32,775 nucleotides of DNA, from assembly GCA_051382295.1 (NCBI GenBank), contig JBBCAW010000147.1, forward strand, positions 1 to 32,775. Direction: 5' to 3'. The translations under genes were made by a program, and so were the position numbers. The notes beneath the pieces are model-generated. The model made no database searches and was not told the origin of the DNA. It was given only the letters and a program-made list of their open reading frames with translations. The number at the start of each line of letters is the position of its first letter. Positions within the stretch are counted from its first letter, which is position 1. Below are positions 7,951 to 17,842 of this stretch, piece by piece. The DNA comes from Bdellovibrionota bacterium FG-1 (GTDB lineage: Bacteria > Bdellovibrionota > UBA1018).

Positions 7951-9366
7951 TTACAAGTGAATTTGTCGCTTAGCCACGGCCATGGCCGCTTCTTTCACCG
8001 TTTCAGACAGCGTAGGGTGGGCATGGCAGGTGCGCGCGATGTCTTCGGCGCTGCCCCCAAACTCCATCACCGACACCGCTTCGGGGATCAGGTCACTGGC
8101 TCGCGGGCCCACGATGTGGACCCCCAGTACCCGATCTGTTTTAGCGTCGGCAATGATTTTGACGAGGCCATCGGTTTCTTCCATTGTGCGGGCCCGTCCA
8201 TTGGCCATAAATGGAAAGGTGCCGACTTTGAACTCGATGTTCTTGGCTTTAAGCTCTTCTTCGTTGAGGCCCACCGTCGCGATTTCGGGCCAGGTATAGA
8301 CCACATTTGGCAGAGTGTCGTAATTGACGTGACCGTGTTGTCCTGCCATAGTTTCAACGCAGGCGATACCATCTTCTTCAGCTTTGTGAGCGAGCATTGG
8401 GCCGACGACGACATCACCCACCGCATAAATTCCAGAAATCTTCGTTTGAAAATGCGAGTCAATAACCACGCGGCCGGCCTTGTCGGTTTCAATGCCAAGT
8501 TCTTGGAGTCCCAGTCCGTCAGTATAAGGGCGACGGCCGGTGGCGACGAGCACGTAGTCGCATTCGAGAGCAGACTTGGTTCCGGAGGCAAGTTCTTCGA
8601 TTTCCACAACTAACCCGTTTGTACCGTCTGGCTTGGCACCCAGACATTTGTGCGCGAGCCTGAACTCCATGCCTTGTTTTTGGAGCACCTTAAAGAGTTC
8701 TTGTGAGATCTGTCGATCTACCGGGGGTAAAATCCGATCTAGAAATTCGACCACGGTGACGCGCGCTCCGAGGCGCATCCAAACCGAGCCAAGTTCTAGG
8801 CCGATCACGCCGCCGCCAACGACGACGAGGTGTTTCGGAACCTCCTTGAGTTCGAGGGCCTCGGTGGAGCTGAGGACACGTTTGCCATCGAATTTAAGGA
8901 AGGGTAGTTCTACGGGCGTGCTTCCGGTGGCGATCATGACGTTGCGGGCTTGAAGGGTGCGATTCCCCGCCTCGCTAGTCACCTCCACAGTTTTAAGGTC
9001 ACCTTGCACTTGGGTGATTTTACCGATGCCGTTGACCGCCTCAATTTTATTCTTTTTGAGAAGGCCAGCGATGCCATTCACATTCTGCCGAACTACCGCG
9101 TCTTTGCGTTTGAGCATCGCGGCGACATCCATGCGGACGTTGTCGACTAGTACGCCGTGTTTGGCGAGTTTGTTTTTGGTGTGATAGTAATGCTCACTTG
9201 ACTCGAGCAGCGCTTTGGATGGAATGCAGCCGACATTGAGGCAGGTGCCGCCATAGCCTTTTCGCTTTTCGACACATGCCACTTTCATTCCGAGTTGGGC
9301 TGCGCGAATCGCGCCCACATAGCCCCCGGGTCCGCCACCAATGACCACCAGATCAAAGTTTTCCAT
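7951..9366 (-). CDS. lpdA: Dihydrolipoyl dehydrogenase (E3)
   Basis: GGGPGG, GGTCLNVGCIPSK, GGGVIGLE, HPTLSE. Confidence 0.98.
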   Translation of the reverse strand: MENFDLVVIGGGPGGYVGAIRAAQLGMKVACVEKRKGYGGTCLNVGCIPSKALLESSEHYYHTKNKLAKHGVLVDNVRMDVAAMLKRKDAVVRQNVNGIAGLLKKNKIEAVNGIGKITQVQGDLKTVEVTSEAGNRTLQARNVMIATGSTPVELPFLKFDGKRVLSSTEALELKEVPKHLVVVGGGVIGLELGSVWMRLGARVTVVEFLDRILPPVDRQISQELFKVLQKQGMEFRLAHKCLGAKPDGTNGLVVEIEELASGTKSALECDYVLVATGRRPYTDGLGLQELGIETDKAGRVVIDSHFQTKISGIYAVGDVVVGPMLAHKAEEDGIACVETMAGQHGHVNYDTLPNVVYTWPEIATVGLNEEELKAKNIEFKVGTFPFMANGRARTMEETDGLVKIIADAKTDRVLGVHIVGPRASDLIPEAVSVMEFGGSAEDIARTCHAHPTLSETVKEAAMAVAKRQIHL

Positions 9367-9384
9367 TTATCGAGTCCTTCTGAA

Positions 9385-10578
9385 TTAAAATTCAAAGCCC
9401 ATTTTTATTGGATTTTCGAGATTTTCTTTCACTTTGACCAAAAAGGTCACGGCGCCTTTTCCGTCAATGAGGCGGTGATCGTAGGAAAGCGCCAGATACA
9501 TCATCGGCCGAATCTCGATCGTTTTTTTGCCATCTTTTTCGACCACCACAGGGCGTTCCTGGGTCTTGTGCATTCCCAAAATACCACTCTGCGGGGGCGT
9601 GAGAATGGGAGTCGACAGCAGGGATCCATAAACTCCGCCGTTGGAGATAGTAAATGTTCCGCCGCTCAGGTCGGCGATCGAGAGTTTGCCGTCCCGAGCT
9701 TTGATCGCGAGTTCGGCGATTTTCTTTTCGATATCGACAAAGTTCATTTTGTGGGCATCTTTGATGATCGGAACGACGAGGCCCCGTTCGGTGCCTACGG
9801 CAATTCCCATATCCACATAGTCGTGATAGATCGCGTCGCGGCCATCGATCGAACCGTTCACGTCGGGGACTTCTTTGAAGGCCTCAACGCAAGCGCGGGT
9901 AAAGAAGCTCATAAAGCCAAGAGAGACTCCGTGCTTTGCTTTGAAGGCGTCTTTGTTTTTATTTCGAAGTTCTAAGATCGCGCTCATGTCGACTTCGTTG
10001 AACGTGGTGAGAATCGCAGCTGTGTGTTGGGCTTGCACGAGACGTTCGGCGATTCTTGCTCGGAGGTTGCTCATCGGGACACGACGGTCGCCGGGACGAT
10101 CTTTGATTTGAGACGGAATAGGTGCAACGGGCGTTGCGGCGGCCGGTGCGGTATAACCTAGGACATCCCCTTTGGTGACGCGTCCGTCTTTTCCGGTCCC
10201 TGGGATTTGGCTTATGGGGTAGCCCAAATCAGCGGCTGTTTTCCGGGCCGCGGGACCGGGGGTGGCGTTGGAAAGGTGGGCAGCGGGAGCAGGTGTAGAC
10301 GCTTGGGCTGAAGCAGGCTTGGAAGCTTCGGTCGAGCCGACGACGGAGTCGTCAATCATCCCGAGGACGGCGCCGATCGGAATGCGTTCTCCTGCTTGCC
10401 GAGTGATCGAAAGTTTGCCTGAGTATTCGGAGACAAGTTCTACCGTAGCTTTGTCGGATTCAATTTCGAGGAGAAGATCTCCGGGTTTAACCAGGGCACC
10501 ATCGGCCTTGGCCCACTTGAGAATACTGACTTCAGTAATCGATTCACCAACACTGGGTGCGACGACATTATGTTGCAT
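9385..10578 (-). CDS. sucB: 2-oxoglutarate dehydrogenase E2, dihydrolipoyl succinyltransferase
   Basis: Lipoyl ESDKAT, E3-binding [13 protein letters not shown], catalytic DHRLIDG. Confidence 0.98.
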   Translation of the reverse strand: MQHNVVAPSVGESITEVSILKWAKADGALVKPGDLLLEIESDKATVELVSEYSGKLSITRQAGERIPIGAVLGMIDDSVVGSTEASKPASAQASTPAPAAHLSNATPGPAARKTAADLGYPISQIPGTGKDGRVTKGDVLGYTAPAAATPVAPIPSQIKDRPGDRRVPMSNLRARIAERLVQAQHTAAILTTFNEVDMSAILELRNKNKDAFKAKHGVSLGFMSFFTRACVEAFKEVPDVNGSIDGRDAIYHDYVDMGIAVGTERGLVVPIIKDAHKMNFVDIEKKIAELAIKARDGKLSIADLSGGTFTISNGGVYGSLLSTPILTPPQSGILGMHKTQERPVVVEKDGKKTIEIRPMMYLALSYDHRLIDGKGAVTFLVKVKENLENPIKMGFEF

Positions 10579-13351
10579 GGGGTTCCTCGTTAAATGCCTT
10601 CTTTAAGATTTCTTTTTGTTCTGTTTCATGAACCTTGGGCGACCCACCTGCAGAGGCTGCGCCAACATCACGGCCTACGTAAAAGATGGGCTTATTGCCC
10701 ATGTTTCTTCCAAACTGGTCGTAGCCGCCTGACCAGGTATTAAAAACAAAACTCCAGGCGCCCATGTTCTGTGGTTCTTCTTGGACCCAAATTATTTTTT
10801 GAGTGTTTTTGAACTCGTTGAGGGCCTTTTTGAGTGCAGCTGCCGGCCAGGGGTAAAGCTGTTCAACGCGGATGATGGCCGTGTCTTTTCGGTTTTGAAG
10901 GGTGCGTTCGGCCAAAAGATCGTAGTAGATTTTACCCGAGCAAAGGATGATCCGTTTGATTTCGTTACGATCAGAGATCGAGGTCATTGCGGTATCGGTA
11001 ATCACCTCTTGAAACTGGCCTTGGGCAAAGTCAGCCAGCGAAGAGATCGCCAGGGGATGTCGGAGCATGCTCTTAGGTGACATGATAATCAATGGTTTGC
11101 GGAAGTCGCGCTTGATCTGTCTGCGTAAGCCATGAAAAAGCTGCGCGGGAGTGGTGAAATTGGCGACCGTTAAGTTGTTTTTGCCACAAAGCTGTAAAAA
11201 GCGCTCCAGGCGCGCGCTGGAATGTTCTGGGCCTTGTCCCTCATAACCGTGGGGGAGTAAAAGAGTCAGGCCGCTCATGCGTTGCCATTTGCTTTCGCCG
11301 GAGGCGATAAACTGATCGATAATCACTTGAGCACCATTGGCAAAATCGCCAAATTGAGCTTCCCAAATCGAAAGGGTGTTCGGATCAGACAGTGAAAACC
11401 CATATTCAAAGCCGAGTACCGCCGTTTCTGAAAGGCTGGAATTGTGAACATCAAACAAGGCCTGCCCCTCGCTGAGGTGATTGAGGGGGCAATAGGCCTC
11501 GCCTGTTTCAAAATCGTTGAGGACGCAGTGCCGATGGGTAAAGGTGCCGCGCTCTGCATCTTGCCCCGAAAGTCGAACGGGATATCCCTCGTGGACCAAA
11601 GAGGCGTAAGCGAGGGTTTCTCCGTTGCCCCAGTCCAGCCCTTGGCCATCTTGGACAGCCTTGAGACGAGCTTCAAAGAAACGCCGTAATTTTGGATGAA
11701 GACTAAAGCCCGCGGGACTGCGATTCAGTTTTTCGGCGAGCTCCTTGAGCGTCTTTTCTTCTACAGAAGTGTTGACGGTCTTGAAAATGTCGCCTTCAGT
11801 GGGACGTTTCAAACCCTTCCAACGACTTCCAAAAACCGAAGGTCCAGGGTGTGGGGCCTCTGCTTTGGCAAGGGCCTGTGCTGCCAGGAAGGAGACCGTG
11901 ATTTCGTCGACGATTTTTTGGCCACTGCCCGGAGGAATAAGGTTTTCGGACTCAAGTTTCTGCGCGTAAAGCGCTCGGGTGGACGTGTGGTTTTTAATTT
12001 TCCTATAAAGGAGCGGCTGCGTAAAGGTTGGTTCATCGCCCTCGTTATGCCCATGTTTGCGGTAACAAATGAGGTCGATAAATACGTCTTTTTTGAACGT
12101 TTGTCGATATTCTATGGCAAGCTTGCATCCATACCAGACGGCCTCAGGATCGTCGCCGTTGATGTGAAAAATCGGGGTTTCCAGCATTTTTGCCAGATCG
12201 GTCGAATAGGTGGTGGAGCGTGAGTCCTTGGGCGAAGTCGTAAAACCCACCTGATTATTGATCACCAGATGAAGAGTGCCGCCTGTATTGTAGCCCGCAA
12301 GCTGCGACAGCCCTAGGGTTTCGTAACAGACGCCTTGACCCGCAAAAGCGGCGTCCCCGTGAATCTGAATCGGGATCACCTTTGTACGGTGGGTGTCTCC
12401 CAGATAGGTTTGCTTGGCGCGGGCCATTCCTTCGATGACCGGATTCACAAATTCTAAATGGCTAGGGTTGTTGGCGAGCGAAAGGTGAACGTCTTTACCT
12501 TTTCGAGTTTTGAAGTCAGCCGAGTAACCCATGTGGTACTTGACGTCGCCTTCCCCTAGGCTTAAGTCGGTTTTGTAGGTGCCCTCGAATTCAGTGAAAA
12601 TATATTCAGGTTTCTTTCCGAAAATATGAGTCAAAACGTTGAGACGTCCGCGGTGGGCCATTCCTAATACAAACTCGGTAGCTCCGTGTTCCGCGCCGAT
12701 TTCAATGACACAATCTAAAGCTGGAATAACGCTTTCGCCACCTTCGATTGAAAAACGTTTTTGCGCCACATAGCGGGTGTGTAGAAATCTTTCGAAGCCC
12801 TCGCTTTCGCTGAGGCGCCTCAGGATGAACTGGCGGGTTTCTAGATCGAAATTCTCACGGTTGCGCGAAGACTCCATTTTTTGCTGCAGCCATTCCCGTT
12901 CGGTCCGGTCTTGAATATGAGTGAATTCGACCCCGATTGAACTGCTATAGGTTTCACGAAGGCGGGCGATGATTTCGCTGAGTGTTGCGGCGCCCATGCC
13001 AAGCATCTTGCCCGCTGCAAAGGTCTTTTGCAGGTCGCCTGCGGAGAGTTGAAAACGAGAAAGTTCCAGCATCGGATGAGAGGTTTGCGGAGGAGTGAGG
13101 GGGTCAAGGTCAGCCACGAGTCTTCCAAACCCGCGGTAGGCTATGATCAGTTCAGCGACTTTACTCTCTTGACTCAGATCTGTCGAGGGAGGGGCTTGCA
13201 CACTTGGAGATCCGAGTTCCATTCCGTCAAAAAAATAGCGCCAGGAAGAATCTACGGCATCGGGGTCTTCGTTATACCGGTCGAACATTTCGTCGATGTA
13301 TTGGGTATTGGTACTTTTTAGGTAACTGAACTTTTCCAACTTAAGCTCCAT
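10568..13351 (-). CDS. sucA: 2-oxoglutarate dehydrogenase E1
   Basis: [52 protein letters not shown]. Confidence 0.98.
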   Translation of the reverse strand: MELKLEKFSYLKSTNTQYIDEMFDRYNEDPDAVDSSWRYFFDGMELGSPSVQAPPSTDLSQESKVAELIIAYRGFGRLVADLDPLTPPQTSHPMLELSRFQLSAGDLQKTFAAGKMLGMGAATLSEIIARLRETYSSSIGVEFTHIQDRTEREWLQQKMESSRNRENFDLETRQFILRRLSESEGFERFLHTRYVAQKRFSIEGGESVIPALDCVIEIGAEHGATEFVLGMAHRGRLNVLTHIFGKKPEYIFTEFEGTYKTDLSLGEGDVKYHMGYSADFKTRKGKDVHLSLANNPSHLEFVNPVIEGMARAKQTYLGDTHRTKVIPIQIHGDAAFAGQGVCYETLGLSQLAGYNTGGTLHLVINNQVGFTTSPKDSRSTTYSTDLAKMLETPIFHINGDDPEAVWYGCKLAIEYRQTFKKDVFIDLICYRKHGHNEGDEPTFTQPLLYRKIKNHTSTRALYAQKLESENLIPPGSGQKIVDEITVSFLAAQALAKAEAPHPGPSVFGSRWKGLKRPTEGDIFKTVNTSVEEKTLKELAEKLNRSPAGFSLHPKLRRFFEARLKAVQDGQGLDWGNGETLAYASLVHEGYPVRLSGQDAERGTFTHRHCVLNDFETGEAYCPLNHLSEGQALFDVHNSSLSETAVLGFEYGFSLSDPNTLSIWEAQFGDFANGAQVIIDQFIASGESKWQRMSGLTLLLPHGYEGQGPEHSSARLERFLQLCGKNNLTVANFTTPAQLFHGLRRQIKRDFRKPLIIMSPKSMLRHPLAISSLADFAQGQFQEVITDTAMTSISDRNEIKRIILCSGKIYYDLLAERTLQNRKDTAIIRVEQLYPWPAAALKKALNEFKNTQKIIWVQEEPQNMGAWSFVFNTWSGGYDQFGRNMGNKPIFYVGRDVGAASAGGSPKVHETEQKEILKKAFNEEPHAT

Positions 13352-13416
13352 GAACTTTCAGCATAGGGTCCTCTCTATTTAGGCCGCTTGTGCGGTGCGC
13401 GTCAATGAGGAAGTGT

Positions 13417-15024
13417 TTACTCGGAGTACGCCCCTCCAACATTGGTTTTAACGATTGCGTAATGCGTTAGTCCGGTGTTTGGAGTGGTTAGCGGATGGAG
13501 TTTACATTGCGGGTCGAGTCGCATCCATTGAGGATCTTTCTTCAGACGTTCCAAGAGGACTTCGGCTGCTGATAGAGGAAATTCGTAGCTTGGAAGGTCC
13601 GTTGAGAAGAGAAAAAAATCGAAAGTTTCTAATGCTTCACTGCCGATGTGGTCAGCTCGAACTTGGTTTCGAGGAATAAGATTCAAAAACTGGCTACTCA
13701 CCATCCCTCGAGGGCCTTGCGAGGGTTTTGGAAGGCAATGGGCAAGCGAAAGAATATCTTTTTTGGTCTGCTCTTGCTGATGAGTGGGTCGGAAAAATTC
13801 GAGACTCGAGCCTCCGAGTAGAAAACAGCCGATCAGAAGCCAAAGACTGGAGTTGAATGGAGAGGCTTTGTTCTTGGGCTGAAAGGGTCCTATTTGGGAT
13901 GCTGCTAGCCAAAAGATACCGAGTAAGGGAGCCGAATAATAATTGAGAAGCTTTCCGGGATCTTGGAGCAGGGAAAAGACCGCTAATAGGGGAAGGGCGG
14001 TCAGCCAAAACGTGGATTGAAGTAGAATCCATGGCGCTAAGATCCACAGCGAAAGCAGCGGGCGCGAAATAAGATAGGTAAAAAATCCCCCTATGACGGC
14101 TAAAAGGCCACCTTTTTCTGCAAAGACCTCCGATAGAATGATGATCGCGCTGCCGGGGCCATCCCAATGATGGTAGTGCATGAGTCCTGCGCCGACGGGG
14201 AGGACGACGGGCATGTTCTGCCATGTGTGAGGCCCCCAGCTTCCGTTGGAATAATTTCGGATGGCATAAAAAAAGAATCCGGTCATCGCGATCGAAAGAA
14301 GAGCCGAAACGCCTAACCATCGCCGCGGCCTAGCCGAAGCGTGCAGGCTGACAGCGAGTAATGGGAACAAAACTAAGAAGGAATCTTCTTTGATCCCCGT
14401 AAGTAATAACGTCGCTGCGATCAAGGGGGTCGGTCGGACTCGATTGTCACTCCATCCTGCGGCCCACGCCCATGCAAAAGTGAACAAGGGATAGGCGCTC
14501 TCAGGGTGAACCTCAAACATCAGAACCCGTGCCACCAGGCTGGAAAACAGAAATGCCGCATTGATCAGAAGGGCATTGAGGCCTCCTGCCCGCTGTCGCA
14601 CAAGGGCAGCAAGGAAGGCCCCTGCTCCGGCAAATACGAGAGGTCCCCAAAGAAGGGTCGCCGTCGTTGAGCCAAAAACCCAAGCGAAGGGTATGAGGGT
14701 CGCCCAGGAAAAAAAAAGATGTACTGCCCCATGTTGGACCATGCCAATGGCTTGAGGGGCAAAGCGGGTGAGCATCCAACCCCCTTGTCGCATCTGTTCT
14801 AGCAGGTCTTGAAAAAGCCAAAAATCTTGACCGCTCATTCGGAGCGAGGCGAGTTGCGAAATTTTGGCTAATAGGGCCAAAATAAAGAAGGAGCCATTCA
14901 GTCCCAGAGATAAGGAAACAAAATGACTTTGGGCCCAAGGTTGAAGTCTTTTCAGCCGTTTGGAGGTAAAAAGAAGCACGATTGCCGCCGCGATCAATAA
15001 CCATTTGAGCTTAAAGAGGGTCAT
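13417..15024 (-). CDS. DUF2079-like multi-pass membrane protein (GT-C clan); start could be 15024, 15051 or 15066
   Basis: About 12 TM; QDFWLFQD..G..HGAVH, FEVHPE, IKED, NYYSAP motifs. Confidence 0.65.
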   Translation of the reverse strand: MTLFKLKWLLIAAAIVLLFTSKRLKRLQPWAQSHFVSLSLGLNGSFFILALLAKISQLASLRMSGQDFWLFQDLLEQMRQGGWMLTRFAPQAIGMVQHGAVHLFFSWATLIPFAWVFGSTTATLLWGPLVFAGAGAFLAALVRQRAGGLNALLINAAFLFSSLVARVLMFEVHPESAYPLFTFAWAWAAGWSDNRVRPTPLIAATLLLTGIKEDSFLVLFPLLAVSLHASARPRRWLGVSALLSIAMTGFFFYAIRNYSNGSWGPHTWQNMPVVLPVGAGLMHYHHWDGPGSAIIILSEVFAEKGGLLAVIGGFFTYLISRPLLSLWILAPWILLQSTFWLTALPLLAVFSLLQDPGKLLNYYSAPLLGIFWLAASQIGPFQPKNKASPFNSSLWLLIGCFLLGGSSLEFFRPTHQQEQTKKDILSLAHCLPKPSQGPRGMVSSQFLNLIPRNQVRADHIGSEALETFDFFLFSTDLPSYEFPLSAAEVLLERLKKDPQWMRLDPQCKLHPLTTPNTGLTHYAIVKTNVGGAYSE

Positions 15025-15032
15025 CCCTTGAA

Positions 15033-15066
15033 AGCGTTGACTCAGGGCCATGGGTTTGTCAATCAT
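15033..15066. promoter_or_regulatory. Overlapping divergent promoters, TTGAC-N16-GTCAA
   Basis: + TTGACT(15037)-N18-AATCAT-N6-ATG; - TTGACA(15062)-N18-AACGCT-N8-ATG. Confidence 0.5.
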
Positions 15067-15072
15067 TGCGGT

Positions 15073-16704
15073 ATGGTGATTTTGGCTTGGGTCTTGGACC
15101 TTGTTTTACTCATTTTGGCCGTGCTTTGGGGGCTGGGGGGCATTCAATGGCAAGGCCATGTCATTTTGAGGCATGCGGCTGATCTCAGGCGGGCTGGAAT
15201 TCTGTTGGCGCTGCTTTTAGCCTGGCTTGTCCCTATTCTGAGAACGAAAAGTGTTTGGCTTCGTGCGACGTATTGGTTTTGGGGGGCGCTCAAGAGCCGT
15301 CGTTTTCGTTGGAGCGTTTGGGGCGCCGCCTTCGGCGTAGCTTTGCTCCTTGGGGTATTACAGGGCTTAGCCTTGCGCTTTCCACTTTGGGATGTGGGCC
15401 TTTATCATCAAGTGGTCTGGGCGGTCGCGCACGGGCATGGTTTTGTGAGTACGATTAGCGGCGCGGGAAACTATCTTCTCGACCATCTTTCACTTTCCTA
15501 TGTTCTGTTGGTTCCCATTTTTTGGTTCACTGGAAGCTCGGCTTTAACTTTGCCGGTTGTGCACGCTGGTCTAGTGATGTGTGGAATCGCGGCTTGGATC
15601 TGGTTGGCCGAGCAACAGGATCGTAAAAACCGGGGAGACGGGACCCTTCCAGCGGCTGCAGTGCTTTTTGGTCTGGTCTTTGATAGCCTTTGGGGGAATT
15701 TGCGTTGGGGTTTTCATGATACGGCAATCGCGTTTGCGGCGCTTTCGTGGGCCTATGCCTTTTTGTTTTCGGGCCAGGCTTTAGGGAAATGGAAAACAGC
15801 CCTTGTGTTCGCTCTTTTTATGGTGACTGCCGCGGCCAAGGAAATTTTGTTATTGGATGTAGCAATGGCTTTGGGGCTCTGGGGCGTGCAGCGGAAGAGT
15901 GCGCGCAAACGCCTCTGGTTGACTGCGCTCTGTTTGGTTTTTGTCTTTGTTTGGTTTGAAAAAATCCCTCACCCAGCGGTAAAAAATTATTTTGATAAGT
16001 ATTATTCATATTTAGGGCATGGCTTGGGCGGCTTTGCTCAAACGTTGCTGACGCATCCGTGGCTGGTGGTCCAAAAAGTCGGTGCGCGCGAGCTCGGGCG
16101 ATATTTTTTAACGGTATTTTTACCTTGGCTCTTTTTGCCGTTGTGGCTCTTAAAAACTGATCGCAAAAAAGGGGTTTGGCTAGTGGTTTTGCTTCCCTCG
16201 TTGCTGAGCGCAGCGATCGCAACCTATCCGCCTTTAAGACGGTCGGGGTTTCATTATGTTTGTGAACTTTGGCCGATCCTGGCGGTGTTGACGATTGTGC
16301 AAATTGCGGCCTTGAGTTCGGAAACGAAACAAAAAAAGGTAGCGGCGGCCTGGGCCTTGTTGGCTCTTCTTGCTTGGGATCACGATCCGATCGGTTTGAT
16401 CAGGGAGTATGGCTTAGAAGCATGGACACAGACGGGCGCACGGACCCTTTTAGGCGATTTGCCCGTAAAAGACTCTGTCGTGGCCGACGAACTTGCGGGG
16501 CCTTGGGTGGCCAATCGACTCGAAGTCATGCGCTGGCCTGAACTGGAAACCTGGAACGGGCAATGTCCGATGTGGATCGTGGTTCGAGAGGGAAGTGATA
16601 CCCCTTTGCCCAAGAGTATTTGTGGATTATCGACGGATTTAATTCGAACAGACGGATACTGGCGGGTTTACCGTCATGGGCCCTTGAATGAAAAGCAACC
16701 CTGA
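15073..16704 (+). CDS. DUF2079-like multi-pass membrane protein (GT-C clan)
   Basis: WDVGLYHQVVWAVAHG...NYLLDHLS, GFHD, AKE, FHY; many TM helices. Confidence 0.75.
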   Translation: MVILAWVLDLVLLILAVLWGLGGIQWQGHVILRHAADLRRAGILLALLLAWLVPILRTKSVWLRATYWFWGALKSRRFRWSVWGAAFGVALLLGVLQGLALRFPLWDVGLYHQVVWAVAHGHGFVSTISGAGNYLLDHLSLSYVLLVPIFWFTGSSALTLPVVHAGLVMCGIAAWIWLAEQQDRKNRGDGTLPAAAVLFGLVFDSLWGNLRWGFHDTAIAFAALSWAYAFLFSGQALGKWKTALVFALFMVTAAAKEILLLDVAMALGLWGVQRKSARKRLWLTALCLVFVFVWFEKIPHPAVKNYFDKYYSYLGHGLGGFAQTLLTHPWLVVQKVGARELGRYFLTVFLPWLFLPLWLLKTDRKKGVWLVVLLPSLLSAAIATYPPLRRSGFHYVCELWPILAVLTIVQIAALSSETKQKKVAAAWALLALLAWDHDPIGLIREYGLEAWTQTGARTLLGDLPVKDSVVADELAGPWVANRLEVMRWPELETWNGQCPMWIVVREGSDTPLPKSICGLSTDLIRTDGYWRVYRHGPLNEKQP

Positions 16705-17712
16705 CTAATGTCGACAATACTCTTCAATCGCCCGATGGATAGGAAGGATATCTTCTTCGAACTCCGGATATACTGCAGCTTTTGCGCAGTGACGTGTTGG
16801 AATGGGGTCATTGATCTCGTTGTAGCAATAGCTCAACTGCGTTTCGCCATAGAAATAGTCGGCCGTGATAATTTCACCTGGGGAGTTGGAGTCAATAAAA
16901 TTGAGTTCGTAACCTGCTTTGCTTCGCAACCAGGGCATGGATGAACTGTGAACATTATTGGCCTGAAGCGGCTTGATCGATAGCAAGAGTAAAGCATGCG
17001 ATTGAAAAGGCGTGATCTGGTTTTGCATTCTAATTCTCAAGAAAAGCTCGTGAGGGAAGAGCGCAACTTTGCCATAGATATCATCCATCACCGCTGCCAT
17101 ATCAGCAGGGGCTAGCGAGCGCGAATCGCCGAGGCGCCTGGAGAGTTCATTTTGAAGGAGTTCGCGATAGCCCATCGAATTGAGTTCGCTAATGACCTCG
17201 TCCGAAAAGTCATTGGAAAAGCTATCTAGATCTGCATAGCCGGGGATTTCGGTGACTTGGCCGTGGCTGATTTGGGCGATCAGCGCCTTCGCTTGGTTTC
17301 GAGTGGGTTGTGGCGAGTCGGGTCGAAAATTGGCGAGGTAGCTCGCAAATCGTTGAAAGCGCGTATGGAGCCAACAGAGTCCGGTTTTAAAGCTTCCTTT
17401 CGGATTTTTGAAGGAAAGTGTCTGTTGTTTTGGAAAATTCAGGATGTCTTGAATAATGGACGCATCCGTTCGCTGGCAGAAAGTCCGTTTATGAGGAGGA
17501 AGGGCCCCGAGGTTTAGATTTTCACCTCCCAAAGGGGGCGCCAGAAGCTCATCCGCATCCGTAAAATAACGGGCGTCGAGGTAGGGACTCGGGGTCATCG
17601 GTGTGCCTGCTTGCGGGGCGCAATCTTGTCCGTTCGTATTGCTATTCGCTTGAGCGATGGGTGACATCACGGCAAATAGAGCAAAAACTATGAGAGAAGG
17701 GAATACGTGCAT
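16705..17712 (-). CDS. Secreted protein, candidate papain-like Cys-His-Asp hydrolase
   Basis: Signal peptide (AQA-N); GLCW, SHALLL, FIDSN. Confidence 0.6.
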   Translation of the reverse strand: MHVFPSLIVFALFAVMSPIAQANSNTNGQDCAPQAGTPMTPSPYLDARYFTDADELLAPPLGGENLNLGALPPHKRTFCQRTDASIIQDILNFPKQQTLSFKNPKGSFKTGLCWLHTRFQRFASYLANFRPDSPQPTRNQAKALIAQISHGQVTEIPGYADLDSFSNDFSDEVISELNSMGYRELLQNELSRRLGDSRSLAPADMAAVMDDIYGKVALFPHELFLRIRMQNQITPFQSHALLLLSIKPLQANNVHSSSMPWLRSKAGYELNFIDSNSPGEIITADYFYGETQLSYCYNEINDPIPTRHCAKAAVYPEFEEDILPIHRAIEEYCRH

Positions 17713-17842
17713 CGCGAGGCTCTCTTTTCAAAGGGGGGTGTTACAAGCGACATGCCAGCCCAAGTTCATAAAAATAGGCCTGAATTAACTCATGTAATAG
17801 GCGTATGGTCGGATTTTCAGGAACTAGGGAAGTGGCAACTGC

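Noticed and set aside
7957..13321. Long + strand ORFs opposite lpdA, sucB and sucA (e.g. 7957-8613, 9295-9975, 11696-12223)
   Set aside because: Antisense shadows of conserved genes; no motifs or start signals
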